A stretch of DNA of 63,867 nucleotides, the filler included, from Vermamoeba vermiformis (taxonomy: Eukaryota): assembly GCA_045837725.1 (NCBI GenBank). It is 3 parts of 3 records of this genome, joined end to end, with 100 filler letters (N's around TTAATTAATTAA, not from the genome) between each part and the next. Parts side by side here need not be neighbours in the genome. Positions count along the whole stretch, not along the records: positions 33,680 to 63,867 come from JBEWZL010000131.1; 2 more parts are not named here. One strand, given 5' to 3'. Shown piece by piece: positions 37,014 to 51,500 of the stretch (within the stretch, counting starts at the first letter, position 1; each line of letters begins with the position of its first letter). The notes beneath the pieces were generated by a model. The model saw only the letters and a list, made by a program, of their open reading frames with translations, ran no database searches and was not told where the DNA came from. Both the position numbers and the translations under genes were made by a program.

Positions 37014-38033
37014 TGTTGAGTAGTGTTGCTTTCTATATTTTGGAAAGTTTTTGAAATGATTTTGCGGTGCGGAAGGTGTTTTGTATCGATACGATCACGT
37101 GCGAATGTGAACCTGGCGTAATTTTGCTAAAATTTCGGCGGAAATCATGAATAATTACGAAAAAACAGCTTCTTCGAACGATCGATTACGCGTGCTAGCC
37201 TTTCTTTACGAACCAATTCCGCACGGGATCAGAAATGTCTCGATGGATTCAGTATCTTGACAATATCTTTGCATACTCGAACTATTGCTAACAGATCCCA
37301 CTGCTAACTTGCGTAATCCCTTTCTTACCAGCCGATTTCCAATCCTTACTCCATTTTAGTGAATTCCGATCCTAATCCAAAACAAGGAAAAATTTTTCGT
37401 TCTTTCGGTTTTTATAGCTATAAAAATAAGAAAGTACCAAAAAAACTCTGAAAATGCATGTTGTTTACCTCGCCTAATTTGCGAAAATAAAATAAGCGCG
37501 TGATTTGGTTGCGAAAAACTTTCTGCTTTTTTCAATCAAAACAATCGAGCTCCGCACGACAGTCGACTGTCGACAGTTTGTAGGACAATAATTTACTATT
37601 TCTCAATGAAAATGTCGCTGTTCGTTGTCAAATAACACTCGAGACAGTCCCGCAATTGCTTGCGTGGTCGGACCACTACAGTCTTGCATCTTACCTTTCG
37701 AATCGAGGGACATTATTCTGAATTATACATATACGTGCGGTAATAAAATTCAGGCAGATCAGCTGCGTCCTTGCTTTTGAGATCAAATTAAAACTTTAAA
37801 ATAAAACAAAAAAGGGAAATCTTTGCGACCTCACTCGCTATCGTACATCAACAAAGGTAGCAATTGATAGAGAACGCAATGAAAATTGATTTTTCAAGGA
37901 CTTGTCGCAAAAAGCAAGCAAAAATTGAATTTGGGCAGCGCGACACGAAGATATTTCGCACATAAATTCAGCAGCTGGCAAGCGTTTTTATCAATATTAA
38001 ACATCTTATTAAACATACCACAACAAATCAATC

Positions 38034-38856
38034 ATGTCCGCTCTTAAGAACGCCATCCAAGACATTTTACTGAAGGATCACCGCGCCATCGAATCTGCTT
38101 TCACTAGGTACATTTGCTACTCGTTAACATCCTATAATCATCATATACTAACATATTTGATAGATTATCTGGCACTACTGAGCCCGCCAAGCGCCTCGAG
38201 TTGACTGAACAACTGATCCGCATGGTTGTCGTCCACTCTATGACTGAAGAAACGGTAATTATCGCAGTTTAACAATATTAGAGGTCATATGTGATTCGCG
38301 ATCGTGATTGTTTGCGAGACTAAGGCTAATTTGTCGCAAAATCAGGAATTGTACCCTCGCTTCTCCAAATTGCTGGACCACGGCAAGGAACAACAAGAGC
38401 ATTCAGTCGACGAGCACAAGGATCTCGATGTTAGGTACGAGGATGATAGTTAATATTGCCAGTCAAGAGACTAAGATTTCGTTTAGTTTGCGAGATTTGG
38501 AAAAGATGGATGTTGCTGATCCTTTGTTCGCTAACAAGGTCAATGAAGCCTACCAAAAGTTCAAGGTAAATTATAATTAACGTACGTTAAACCATTGCTA
38601 ACAAAATTATCAATAGTCTCACATTACTGAGGAGGAAACCGTGATCTTCCCTAAAGTTCAAGCCAAGATGACCTCCACCGAGTTGAAGGACTTGGCCGAT
38701 CGTATGGAGACCGTGCGTATGATGGTACCCACGCACCCTCACCCCAATGCTCCTCAAGCTATGCGCGAATCTAAGATCGGTGGCTCGCTTGTTGGCATGC
38801 TCGACAGAATGCGTGATTTGTTCAACAGCGCTGCTAAGAACGAGCTTAAGGTCTAA
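38034..38856 (+). CDS. Hemerythrin HHE cation-binding domain protein
   Basis: DH, HSMTEE..LYP, EH, HITEEE..IFP, PTHPHPNAP over 6 exons. Confidence 0.88.
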
Positions 38857-39610
38857 ATATAATGCTATTTTTCACTTCACTCGTTGAGCGAAGTGTTTTA
38901 CGTTTGTTTGAGCCTGGTTCGCGTCTGATAAACCAGGCTTTGATAATTATTTTGTTTAACGGTTAATAAATTAGCTTATTTTATAAAACCCTCGTGTATA
39001 AAGTACACATACCTCATTAATATGATGCAATTGCTTTCTTGGGCATTATTGTGCGTAGCACCAGCAAACTCAGCATCTACGTAGATGCGCTAAAAGCTTT
39101 GGGTAAGTCTGCGTTAAAGTTTGGGATTAATTTACAAAGATGGGCATTTAATATTAAAAAAATCCTTATATTGATTTGAATAAATTAGTAAAATACCAAG
39201 CTGGATGAAAAATATTATTGGATTTTGTAAGCGTGCAAATCTATCCAATCCTAGCACGCGTTAACTTGATTTTCAAAACGTTATTTAAAATAAAGCGCAC
39301 CACCATTAAATTGCAATTTGTAAATTTAATGCGCTCCAGACTGTTGTTATAAATCTGCCCACCAAATCTAACTGATCAATTACCTGTTTGCGTAGCCAGC
39401 CTATCACCACTCGTGCTCAATCACTGTCATGCAACTCGATTAACTATGTTGCCTGTTTCTCTGATACACCTCGCAGTGTAACGGTCAAAAAATTTCTCTG
39501 CACGTGATGCTTGGTCCTTCCGACGAGGCTGCCCGACAAAACGCAAGTCAAGTCACTCTTCGACACATCGCCAACAAGTGAACACCACACGTAGCATAAA
39601 CATCTGAACA

Positions 39611-41229
39611 ATGACAGAAGTAATCGAGAAGCAAGTTGAGCAGTTGCAGATCGAGCAACCCGCACAACCAGAACTCAGCTTGGAAGGTAGCGTGGCCGAA
39701 TCCAATCCCGTATCTAGTCAGGTAGGTGATCATGTGTACTATCGTGCCGATTACTGACGCATTTGAAGGCTGCTAAGAAGAAGAAAAAGAAGAAAAAGAA
39801 CAAGAAGCCTGCGACTGCATCCACTGGCGACAAAATCAATTCCGATGGCGTAAAAGGTACGTTAGACGTGCATTATTACGTTGCATGTCATATACACCAT
39901 CAAATCTATTAGCATAATGGACTTATCGAGCGGATTCGTTGTTTTGTCATCGTACATCCGTTCAAAAGCATCTCTCATCCAAATTTTGCTATTTAACATT
40001 TACTTGACCTTCTTTTGCATTGAAGTAATGCTACTGAAGATTCGAAATACGCTACTATGCTATATAAACTTAGTTGCAATGCTTACAAATCATTTCTTCT
40101 AGACTCCGAAGATCCCGCTCCCTCCAATGAGGTCAAAATGATGCTAGGTGACCTGCCTAGCGTTCCTATATCAAAGTTATACCCCAACGGTGATTTTCCA
40201 ATCGGAGAAATTCACGAGTACACGAACCAGCCTTGGCGAAGCACATCTCGCGAAAAACAGGAGGTTGATAAGCTGACACAAGACGTGCTTGGCAATCTGC
40301 GTCGCGCAGCTGAAGTGCATCGAAAAGTACGTCAGTGGACTAAGGCACATGTTCTACGCCCTGGAGTGCCATTGATCGAGATCGCGCAAAAACTTGAAGC
40401 CGAAGTTTGGCGCTTGGTTGAGAAGGATGGACTCAAAGCTGGCTCTGCTTTTCCTACCGGACTGTCTTTGAATCATATTGCTGCTCACTTCTCGCCCAAC
40501 ACTGGAGACAAAAACATTTTTGGCGCATCGGATGTGCTCAAGGTCGATTTTGGCGTGCACGTTAATGGCTACATTATCGACAGTGCATTCACGGTTTCAT
40601 ATGACCCTACATTCGATCCATTAATTAATGCGGTCAAAGAGGCCACTAATACTGGTGTCAAACTTGCCGGCATAGATGCGCGACTTGGCGAGATCGGCGA
40701 AGGTATTCAAGAAGTGATGGAGAGCCACGAAGTCACTATCAATGGAAAAGTATACCCAGTGAAGTCTATTAGAAATTTATGCGGTCACAACATCGACCCG
40801 TACATTATTCACGCGGGCAAGAGCGTGCCAATCGTCAAGTCCAACGACAACACGAAGATGGAAGAGAACGAGCAGTACGCCATAGAAACGTTTGGCTCGA
40901 CGGGCCGTGGTCAAGTGAATGAAGATCTCGAGTGTTCTCATTATGGCAAGACTAGCGATGCTCGCGCAAATGTTCGATCTGCAACTGCCAAGCAACTCTT
41001 GTCGCACATTAACCAACGTTACGGCTCAATTACATTTTGTCGCCGTTGGCTCGATGATGAAGGCCAGACACGACACCTCCTAGCTCTCAGACAATTAGTG
41101 GATCAAGGCATTGTGACACAATACCCACCGCTCGTGGACATCAAGGGATCTTACACCGCGCAATGGGAGCACACGTTGTTCTTGCGTCCTACTTGCAAGG
41201 AAGTACTTTCTCGTGGTGATGACTATTAA
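39611..41229 (+). CDS. METAP2: Methionine aminopeptidase 2
   Basis: Poly-Lys N-terminus; AFPTGLSLN..AAHF, DFGVHVNG.IIDSAFT, NLCGH, AIETFGSTG, QWEHT, RGDDY. Confidence 0.97.
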
Positions 41230-41871
41230 ATACGTATTTAAACAAAAATCCAATCATCTTTCGCACGGCTTGAGTAAATTGAAAATTCGAATTCTTTTCT
41301 TCGCTGGCAAGGTGATGTGACCTACACTATTTCGCCTATTAGGTGTAGTGCGAGGTCATATTCACTTTCTTGATTCCATTAGTTTGAAGCTACTATGATT
41401 TATGAATAATACGAAGATTTGCGTTCTGTTATACCTCACTTTTTTGTTTCGCAGTAGCGCATTCAATTTAGTCATTGCTCCACCGCACAAGTAATCATGA
41501 TTAACCTAGCCGTATCACGCAATACTAGTATCTTACGGAAGCTGCTGAGATATTGCATCACGTGGTTTGAATTCACTCGGAGAGCAGCGAGATTGCCCGA
41601 AAATTCATCTGTCGGCATTTGATTCACTTTCAAATATTCGAAAAACAAATAGAACTAACAATTGCTTGATCTGGCTTCGTTATGAAATGGATGGATTTCC
41701 TATAACGACATACTTGCGTCGCAACAATGGCCGTAAAGTGGATCACAACAACTTCCGTTTAATCTCGGGTTGACGTTGTGCCTCGGGAAAAAGCAGCTGC
41801 TTTTAAAAAATCTTGTCACTCACTGATTTTTGAATTCACTCGCAACACCACATCATCATTCTAAACTATCA

Positions 41872-43451
41872 ATGAAGGTATTGCTTGGCTTAGTGATTGT
41901 TATTTTGGGCACCGTCGCGTTCTCTCAACGTCCCGTAAGTCGAAGTCGCGAATCAGATCTTTATCATCTGGTTCAAATCCAGCGAAACTGAACAAGCGTC
42001 TAACAATCATGATTTAGCACATAACGCTGGAGCCTATGGACTGGTCTGATAAAGTTTCATTGGGAATGCTTATGCCTGCCGCAGGAAAAGATCTGCTTAT
42101 TTACACCGTCTATGATTCCTCTACTATAGCAGCCATTCACCGCCGTAACACTAATGGGACCTATGAATTAGTGGCAAACATTACCGGAGCAGATTTTTCA
42201 ACGATATCTACGAACGGTAACTGGATTGCATTGGGCCGAAACGTTGGTCTGGGAACCGATTTCTTCAGCATCGACACTAACAACAACGTCTCCTACTCTT
42301 CTTTCGTTGGTACTAACGGCGGCTTCTTGCTCTCTGACGACACGTTTGTTGGCTACTACCCGCTCTCTCCGCACCAAGATGGCAACTACAACATCCATAC
42401 TTACAGACACGAAGCCTCAAACAACAGCTGGGTCGTCATTCCTGAGCTAGATGTTAGTGTTACTACTCCTGTGCAAACGGACGCTGCTTCATCCACTTAC
42501 CGCGCAACGGACTCGCATTTGATCATCGCCGACTACTCGGATCAATCCAGCATCACAGTGGATATCTACGAGCGACTGCCAAACCGATCATGGAGTCTCA
42601 CGGACTCGGTGCCAGTCAACAGCACTTTTGGATGGGGAAGTGTGACTTACAATGGTGTTGATACCTTCACGTACTTCGTCCTAGACTCAGCCGACGGAAC
42701 GAGTTTAGGGACTGTTTTCATTTACACGAAGCTCAATGGTGAATGGACCTATCAACTTGTTACGGGAACGAGTGTAGGATACCGACCGCTCGCTGCTTTT
42801 GGCACCACTATCGTTTTCCTTGACAGCAACAACATGCTTCTAACTGCCTATTGGGAAGGACAAAGTACTCCTGCAATACCCACCGGAAATGTTGGCAAAG
42901 TGCTCTTGATGACTCGCAACAGCAGCACTGGTTTGTGGGAGCCTGCCGCTGATTTGCTAGGCCCGAACTGGTGGGGCACTTCAGTTATCGTGAATGATTA
43001 CGACGTGATTGTTCCTTCGGTAGTAGCTTCGAACAACCCCCAACAACCTGCGAACATAACGTTCTTTGTTCTTCCGCCTTGTTTTACGCAGCCGATTAAT
43101 GTGACATGCCACGATGTTGAAGTGACGGACTGTTCGCTGGTTGACGTCTCATCGCTGTACACTATCGATAATCCTCAGTGCGGCAATGTTGCCGTCGAGA
43201 GCAGCGTCATTGTTGAACGTGCAGATCAAGTGACTGTTCAGTTCAGTTTCGCTCGTGCCGCACCAAGCGTCTATTGCAATGCGACAGTCACCTGCCCCCT
43301 TCCTCCCGATACGCAGGTTCCTGCCGATACGCAAGCTCCCGGTATGCAAGTTCCTCCAATTTCGAAGCAAACGCCTACTCAAGTAAGCAGTGCTGGTGTA
43401 CTTCAACTCGGGTCTGTGTTGCTTTTAGCTTGTGCTATTGTGGCCGCGTAA
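41872..43451 (+). CDS. Secreted, probably GPI-anchored beta-propeller-like surface protein
   Basis: Signal peptide MKVLLGLVIVILGTVAFS; beta-rich repeats; Cys domain; P/T linker; SSA + hydrophobic C-terminus. Confidence 0.75.
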
Positions 43452-43856
43452 ACAAATAAAAGGTCCAAAAAACTCGGTCTGCAGTGTAATAGAATTTTAA
43501 ATAACGACGTAGTTTGCAAATTAAAAGCGAGTTGGCATCAAGATGCGACAAATCTGGTTTCGTAAATAACTGTACAATTTTCTAAAATTCACTATGTGTA
43601 TTATAATATTTGATAAAAATAATCAGTAATTACCCGACGATTAACTAACTTTTGGCGCATCTGGTTTTGACTATTTTCTTGCACCCAAGCATCGTATGTG
43701 TTCTTCCACGACCTTCGACATTGTTGAATTAAATAGCTACTAATGTTGACTATTGTCTCGTGCACATCAAAATAAATTAAACGCGAAGTGACAGGTCAAT
43801 AAAAACAGATCTTGCGGCGTGAGTGTAACACCGACTTGGAAGACCTAACACCCACA

Positions 43857-44350
43857 ATGGATTGTTTTGTACTATTTTGTTTGCTCTTTGTTGTATTCTT
43901 TCTACTGGCATGCTTGTCTTTCAAGTTAATTCTTTGTTGTTGTGGGTTTACACGCGCGGGTATTCGCAGAGGTAAAATTCCTTCACAAATAATTATAATA
44001 TAATGCCACTATTATTTCAGGGTCGGCTGGCGCAGCGCTTATGAGTGAGACGGCGGTAGAATCTGGTGGGGGTGTCAGGGCTGGCACGTGCGTAGCAATT
44101 TTACAAGCGCTTGGAGCAAGAGGTAGCCAACAATATTCTACAATTTTCGAATACAATTATTTTCGGTTTCGCGTCAAAACTTCAATTAATTTATTTTTTT
44201 TAAAATGCAGCTTTGTCTCCTTGGATTCTCCTTGGAGCAGCACTAACTGCTCTTGCGCTGTCCGCAATTATTGTTTATGGCACTGATTTAATAGAGAATA
44301 TTAACAGCATTGTCTCGCGGTTGTTTCCGGAGAGCGCAGAGCAAAATTAA
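43857..44350 (+). CDS. IFI6/IFI27 (ISG12)-family small membrane protein
   Basis: Spliced (introns 43972-44020, 44123-44210): GFTRAGIRRGSAGAALMSETAVESGGGVRAGTCVAILQALGA, flanked by TM helices. Confidence 0.8.
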
Positions 44351-44831
44351 TCACTTTGGGACCCACCGTGAAGCGATTAATAAACCAAAAGGTACAAGCT
44401 GTGGAATAGAAATGAACAAATTACGGTAAGAAATTGAGTTATTTGGTGTTTCAAATTAGGATATGTTTCTCGATCTTGACGCAGACTGATTCTAAAATTT
44501 AGGAAATAATTTTTGCGGATAAAATTTATTAACTCGACGTTTTAGACAATCCGTCGTCGTATGTTGAGCGCCCCATAACTTTCGAAGACTCAAGTGGCAA
44601 TGCCTGCCGGGATCCAGCAACAACTGCCAAAAGAAAACTGTCAAAAGCAAACCCATGCTTTAAATTCGAAAACACGCAGACAGTACTGTCCGTATTGACC
44701 AATCACTGCGCGTTTATGTGGAATTGAACGAAACCTACAAACTATGCTCTGAAATTTCCAGCTGTGCTTTTTGCCCAGGAGCACTGGTGCTGTCGCGACA
44801 GTTATTCAATGTCAATTTATCTTAGATTATT

Positions 44832-47800
44832 ATGGACAGCAACAGCTCAAGTGAACTATCAAGAGAGCAGCTCGAGTTAGGCGATCTGCCCGTGCCGCTC
44901 GCACCGTCTGAACCACGAGCACCAGTGAGTCCTGCAAGCAAGAAGAAGAAGAAAGGCAAGAAAAAGGACAAGAACAAGACCGTGGAGCAACCGCCCTATC
45001 ACTGCGACACGTACGAACAAGTTCTTCAAAAGTTCGAAACTTCGATCGACGGATTAGGCGACGAAGAAGTGACGAAAAGACTCGCTCAGTATGGAGACAA
45101 TCAACTGAAGGGAGAAGGAGGCGTACGTAATATTTATTAATTATGGATTGAAAGCTTATCAATTCCAATTCCTTTTTAGGTGAATCCTTTTATTTTATTG
45201 CTAAGACACTCTGTGAATGGTTTGACAATTATTCTGCTGATCGCAGCAGTATTATCAATCGTGACTGAACAATGGATTGAAACAGGTAATCTTTTCCTTT
45301 TCAATAATTTCCCTTTCAAATTTGTGACGTGATCTAATTTTAGGCGTGGTGCTGTTTGTAATTGTAGCCAATATCTTAATTGGCTTCTTCCAAGAATTTA
45401 AGAGCGAGAAGACTATGGCTTCATTGCGCAAATTGTCGTCGCCGACAGCCAAAGTAAGTTACCGATGTGTGATCCAAAATCGAAGTGCGTAATTTGCGTT
45501 TGCTGGATTTACTTATTTTTCAATAGGTTATACGCGGAGGTCAAGTTATTGAGGTTTCTACGAACAAAATTGTTCCAGGCGACATCGTAACCATGGATGC
45601 AGGAGATGTGATCGGAGCTGACATGCGACTGATCGAAGCTCTGAATTTAAAAGTCGACGAGGCAATGCTCACTGGCGAAAGCGAGCCCGTTGAGAAGTCG
45701 TAAGTGAATCTCTTAGGAAACTCCAACAGATCCGCCCATTTACGCAACTTTTTTTGTGCACAGTGTCGAACCATTCGCTGGCGAAACAATCCCTCTCGGC
45801 GACAGAAAAAACATGGCGTACATGAGCACTATTGTGACGCAGGGTCGAGGCAAAGGTATGACACGGTAGAATTTTTTAACGGACCACGCATTAATGTGCA
45901 TCACAAAGGCGTTGTAATTGCAACGGGCATGTCGACACAGATTGGAGGCATTGCTAAAGCTGTCGCAGGAAAGGGTTTCAAGAGCAAAACAAAATTGCAA
46001 AAGAGGTAAGACAAAATTGATTGCGTGATTGAAATAACTCGGATCCAGACTCGACATCATGGCCTACATTTTGTTCGGCATCGCGTGCGTTCTAGCTGTC
46101 GTGGTATTTGCTGCCAACAAGTTTGATTTGCAAAATGAAGTAATTCTGTACGCTATCGCCCTTGGCATTGCAATCATCCCCGAGGGTCTCGTGGCAGTAG
46201 TCACGCTGACTATGGCTATTGGCGTCAAGTCTATGGCCAAGCAGAAGGCACTTGTGCGCCGTTTAAATGCGCTGGAGTCGCTCGGATCCATCACGAACAT
46301 TTGCACGGACAAGACTGGCACGCTAACCCAAGCCAAGATGGTCGTGAAACAAGTGTGGTCTACCGAAGGCGAACTGATTTCAGTGCAAGAAGAGAGCAAG
46401 GGCACATTAAACAAGGACGACGAGCACTTGCGCTTGATCTTGGACACGTGTGTGCTGTGTAACAGTGCTATGTTACGCCGTAACTCGGAAGAAAAAGAAG
46501 ACGATCAAGGACGAGGCGAGCCTGAGCGTGAGGCAGACATTGAAACAGGCAGCGGTGCCGGATTGAAGGCTATTGGTGATCCCACTGAAGTAAGACAAAA
46601 CTTGTTGTCAAAAAAGTGTTTGTTCACTAATTACTTTAGATTGCATTGTTAATGCTCGGTGTTGACCACCAGATCTTCAAGAGTGATTTATTGGCTGAAG
46701 GATATTCGTTGGTGAATGAACATCCCTTCGACTCAGCTTTAAAAAGAATGGCGGTCGTGTACGGTAAAGAAGGCACTAATATGGTGTTCATGAAGGGTGC
46801 CACTGAAGTCGTGTTAAGTTGCTGCAAGTACGTCCAGCGAGGCAATGAGCGCGTGCCGATGACAAGTGAATTCAAGCTACAAGTTGAAGAGAACTTGCAA
46901 TCAATGAGCGCTGACGGTCTAGTAAGTAACCTACGCGCCTCACATCCTCGTGTTAACCTCGTTCTACTCAGCGTGTGTTGTCACTGGCCTATGCACCCAC
47001 AGTTGCTGATCCTCGTGCTCCCCGCCAAGCCGTTGAAAATGCCCCTGAAATAACTTACCTTGGTCTGCTTGGCATCTACGATCCTCCCCGAGAAGGTAAA
47101 ATTTCACAGCTCTTTTTGTTCCCATTTTCTGACGTGCTTTGGTAGAATCAAAAGGCTCCGTTGAGTTGTGCCACGGTGCTGGTATAATGGTGCACATGGC
47201 TACTGGTGATCATCCCAAGACTGCAGCTGCTATTGCCCGCGCAGTTAGTATCGTGGAAGACGAACCCAAGTCCAATGATCTAGTCATGGTCGCAACAGAC
47301 TTCGATGCGATGGATGACGAACAAATCGATGGCATTGAAGAGCTCCCGCACGTCATTGCACGCTGCAGTCCGACATCAAAAGTGAAGCTTATTGAAGCTC
47401 TGCACCGTCGTGGCAGATTAGTGGCCATGACGGGTGATGGAGTCAACGACGCTCCTGCTCTGAAACAAGCTGATGTTGGTATTGCCATGGGCATGAACGG
47501 TAGTGATGTCGCAAAACAAGCGGCTGACATCGTGCTCACTGATGATAACTTCGCTACCATCGTCGTGGCTATCAAGGAAGGTCGTCGAATTTTGAGCAAC
47601 ATTACCAAGTTCATTATTCACCTGATGTCTGGCAATGTTGCAGAAGTCATAGCCCTTGTTATTGGTCTCGTAGTGCAAGACATGAATGAGCGCAGCGTTT
47701 ACGTCATGTCGCCGCTCGAGATCTTGTGGCTCAACATGATCACCAGGTAAGGCACTTTAATTACTATTACTTGTCACACGCTAATGTGTTTATAGTACTC

Positions 47801-48345
47801 CCCCAGCGCTAGGTCTCGGTGTGGAGCCAGCAGACAAGAAAATCATGCAGCAACCTCCGTCTAAGCGCAACAAACTGTTCACGAAAGAAGTCATCATGGA
47901 CATTCTAGTCTACGGCTCTATTATGGGTGGATTATCTTTGGGTGCATTTTTATTCGTGCTCAATGTATTTTATGACGGTCTCGTGGGCCAGAACTGCAAC
48001 ATCGTCTCTGATGACTCGATCGATTGTGAACCAGTCTACCGATCCCGATCTACTGCCTTCATCACCATGTCGCTGCTTATCCTCCTCCATGCAATCAATT
48101 GCAAGCACTTCCGCAAGCCAATTTGGCGCATGAAGTTGTGGAAGAACAAATTGCTGTTCTGGACCGTCCTTGCTGGCATGGCTCTTACAGTCCCAACGCT
48201 CTACATCCCTGTCGTTAACACGGCTGTCTTCAAGCACGTTGGCATTGGCCTCGAGTGGGTCGTTGTCATAATATGCTTAATCATCTTTTTCGTGCTTAGC
48301 GAGACTTACAAATTTATCAAAAGATCCACCATGCAAAAATTATGA
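44832..48345 (+). CDS. P-type IID (ENA-type) Na+/K+ efflux ATPase
   Basis: [47 protein letters not shown]-like context (DE..LTGES, LWLNMITSTPPA). Confidence 0.9.
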
Positions 48346-48554
48346 CCCGCGCGTGCATTTTTTATTTTACTTTTTTCATTTTATGGCAACGAACAATCTC
48401 AACGCTTGTTACGTGCTTCTCATTGCAAAATAAAACATTTTTTCGGTAGATTGCCTAAATAGGAAGGTCAATTTCAAATCTTGTGGTTCTTTTAATTCAC
48501 TCGCGATTATTTAATCAAGTCACCACATGTTGCGAATATAAATTCACCTTCAAT

Positions 48555-51500
48555 ATGGATTTTACTCAGCTGCCGAATGAGTTAGTCCTTTGGATCATAG
48601 AACAAGTTGATCGTGCAACAGATTTGCTAAACCTGTCACAAGTTAGCGGCAAATTGCGTCACTTAATAGTCAGTTTGCCGAATGCTAAATGGCGAAGCTT
48701 ATATAGTACGCGGTGGGGCCTTGATGATTACGAGTTAGCCCTGATGCCGGAGAGGTAAGGAAACCGTTATATTTTCATAAATAATTCCTCTTAAATATTT
48801 TCTTTAGTTTTTTAATACGTGCTGAGCGCATTTAAAAGCCCTCAAATTTTGTAAATTTTGGATGTACTTATTTTTTATTTTGATTTAGTTTGCAAATTCG
48901 AGACTTTAGCAAATACAGCGCTACTGTTGTATTTAATATAACCTCAAAGTAGAATTTACAAATAATAATTATGCACGTTATTTTCGCTGAACCAAATCCG
49001 AATTTTGCGTGCGTTTATTATCCCGCTCCAAGATAATTCGCCTATTTCAATATAATACGCATTAAATATTTATTTTTGAAATAGATCTTGGCTCGAAGAA
49101 TACAAAAAACGACACAGCAAGGAGAATTTCCTGCGGATCAACTCTTCCGACGATCTGGTGATTGAAAAATTGAAATTATTGCTCGAAGACCAATCCGCGC
49201 AAGACACATTGACCATTTTAAAAGATTTATCGCATTGTGTGCCGTTTAAGAAGAACACAGACACCGTATTGGAATCAATACAAGGTAATATTTTTAAAAT
49301 TTCTTGACCAACCGTACATTTCTTATTCTAATTGCAATGATAGTATTGACTAGTAATATAGAGGTCAATATTGATAAAATTTATTAATAGGAGCGCGTCA
49401 TATGTTTATCGAAATTGGCGGGTTGAATATTCTCGTTTCGTTATTACGAAAATATTTAGCGCAAGATCAATTCGTGATAGTCTATTTAATACTCAAGTTG
49501 ATAGTATTCCTCGGTAAGAATCAGAATCATTGTTGACGACAAACTGATCCCGGATCTCGATCTAATTTTTATTCGTTTAGAAAAACAAGAGAATTTTCTG
49601 ACAGCCATTGGTGTATTTAAATCTTTATTGACCATAATAGGCAATAAGAGTCTATTAACACTGTACCCCAAATTACCCAAAGCTCTAACGCACATCATAA
49701 TGAGTTTTGCCGCAAAAGGTAATTAGTACTTAAATTTAAAATAATTGTTAATAACCATATTTAGACATATTTCAATCAATTTTGGTGAAATTAGGTACCA
49801 TTCAAATAATACTGGGCCTAGTCAACGATGAAAATATGAATGTTGGAACAGTAATCAATTCGTACGGCATTCTCAGTTATTTTAAAACACGTAAGTCATA
49901 ATTTAAATTATCAAAATTATTATAAATATATACAAATAATTTTATGTTATTTAGCTGAAGCAATTAAGCAATTAAAGAGCGGTACAATTATCGAAAAATG
50001 TATCAATTGCTTGCTCAATCAAAAAGCAGACAGTTTGAAACGTAATGCAGCATGTATATTATGGAATTTTATTAGATGTGGAGGTAAGTATAATTAAACA
50101 TCAATTTTCTTTTCCGGAAAAGCTGAGTAAATTTTTTTTTTCAGAGCACGACACGATTATTGAAGCCAACGGCGTGGACGCATTTCTTGAACTTGTAAAA
50201 TATGATTTTAAACTAGGCATAGGATGTATTATATATTTATCGACGAGAAATGGTACGTTAATGTTGATACTTGATCTGTTTCAATTGTTTAACAAATTTT
50301 TATTCGTAGAACAAACGCTGGGCGTGGTTGGCAGTTCAAAAACGATTAAATCACTCATAGACTTGTTGCAAAAAGAAAAAAGCTTTGAAAATAGAGAACA
50401 AATTGTTCGGGCACTGTCAAAATTGACGCAAATAGGTACGTGCAACCCCGCACTTCGAGACTCCAAAATCATTTCTCTAACAATCTCATTAGAATCCAAC
50501 GCAGCTAAATTTGTCGAGCTTGGCGGCCTCGAAGTGATGTTGGCCTTCTTTCGGATAGCACCAGTCAGGGCTGTGCTGTATTCACTGCTCATCTTGGCGG
50601 ACTGCATGGTCGTGTCGATGCCGTCAACCAACCGTAAGTTTTTTTCAAAGTCATCTTATATTATACCACTTATATTAATATCGTTATAGATGCTCTCCGC
50701 GATCGATGTATAGCCAATGTTACGCCTCATTTTGATTACTTGATAGAAATTTTGAGTTTCACGCAAAAAGTGAAAGAGGCGTGCGTTGATTTTTGGAAAC
50801 ATTGCGTGTGGGGTACGTAGTAAATAATAAGTATTATTATGATCGATATTAATATGGATGGCATTGGCCAGTGATGAATTTGCCGCAGAATATTTTGTTC
50901 AAGTTGGTTGAACAAATCATCTTCATGTTGAACGACAAACTGAACTCCGATGATTTGAAGTTCTTATTGGCGACACTCTTCTTCAATTTATCGGACAAGA
51001 ACGTCACGATTCATTTTTACTACGACGCCAAACAGCTCGTGAATCTCGCGTTGAGTGCGCTGCAACACTTGTCCGTGACTTCAACGCCGAAAAGAGCGTC
51101 ATGGGCCATATCAATTTTGACACCATTGGCGAGACTAGGTACCTCTAATCGCAATTGTTATGCCTATTAGATGAGATTATAACGAATTTTTTTGGTCTAG
51201 AGTTCATTCGTCAGAAGTTGGTGAAGAAACAAAAAGTCCTCAAGCGCGTCAAATTTTGGGCTGAAAGTCGATTAGTGCCTCCCGAGTCTCGATTTAGAGG
51301 CGTGCTTTGCTTGTCATACTTTAATGCTACAGGTAAACCTCAGCCTGAAAAAACCTACATTCGTACTAACAGGACTAGCAGCTAAACTCGAGCCCAAGTA
51401 CCTAAGTTCACTGGTGCAGTTCACCGAAGAAGTTCCACTCGATGTCAAATGGTCACTCGTGGTGCAGTCCTTAAGACCTCATTACGTCCACTTGTTCGAA

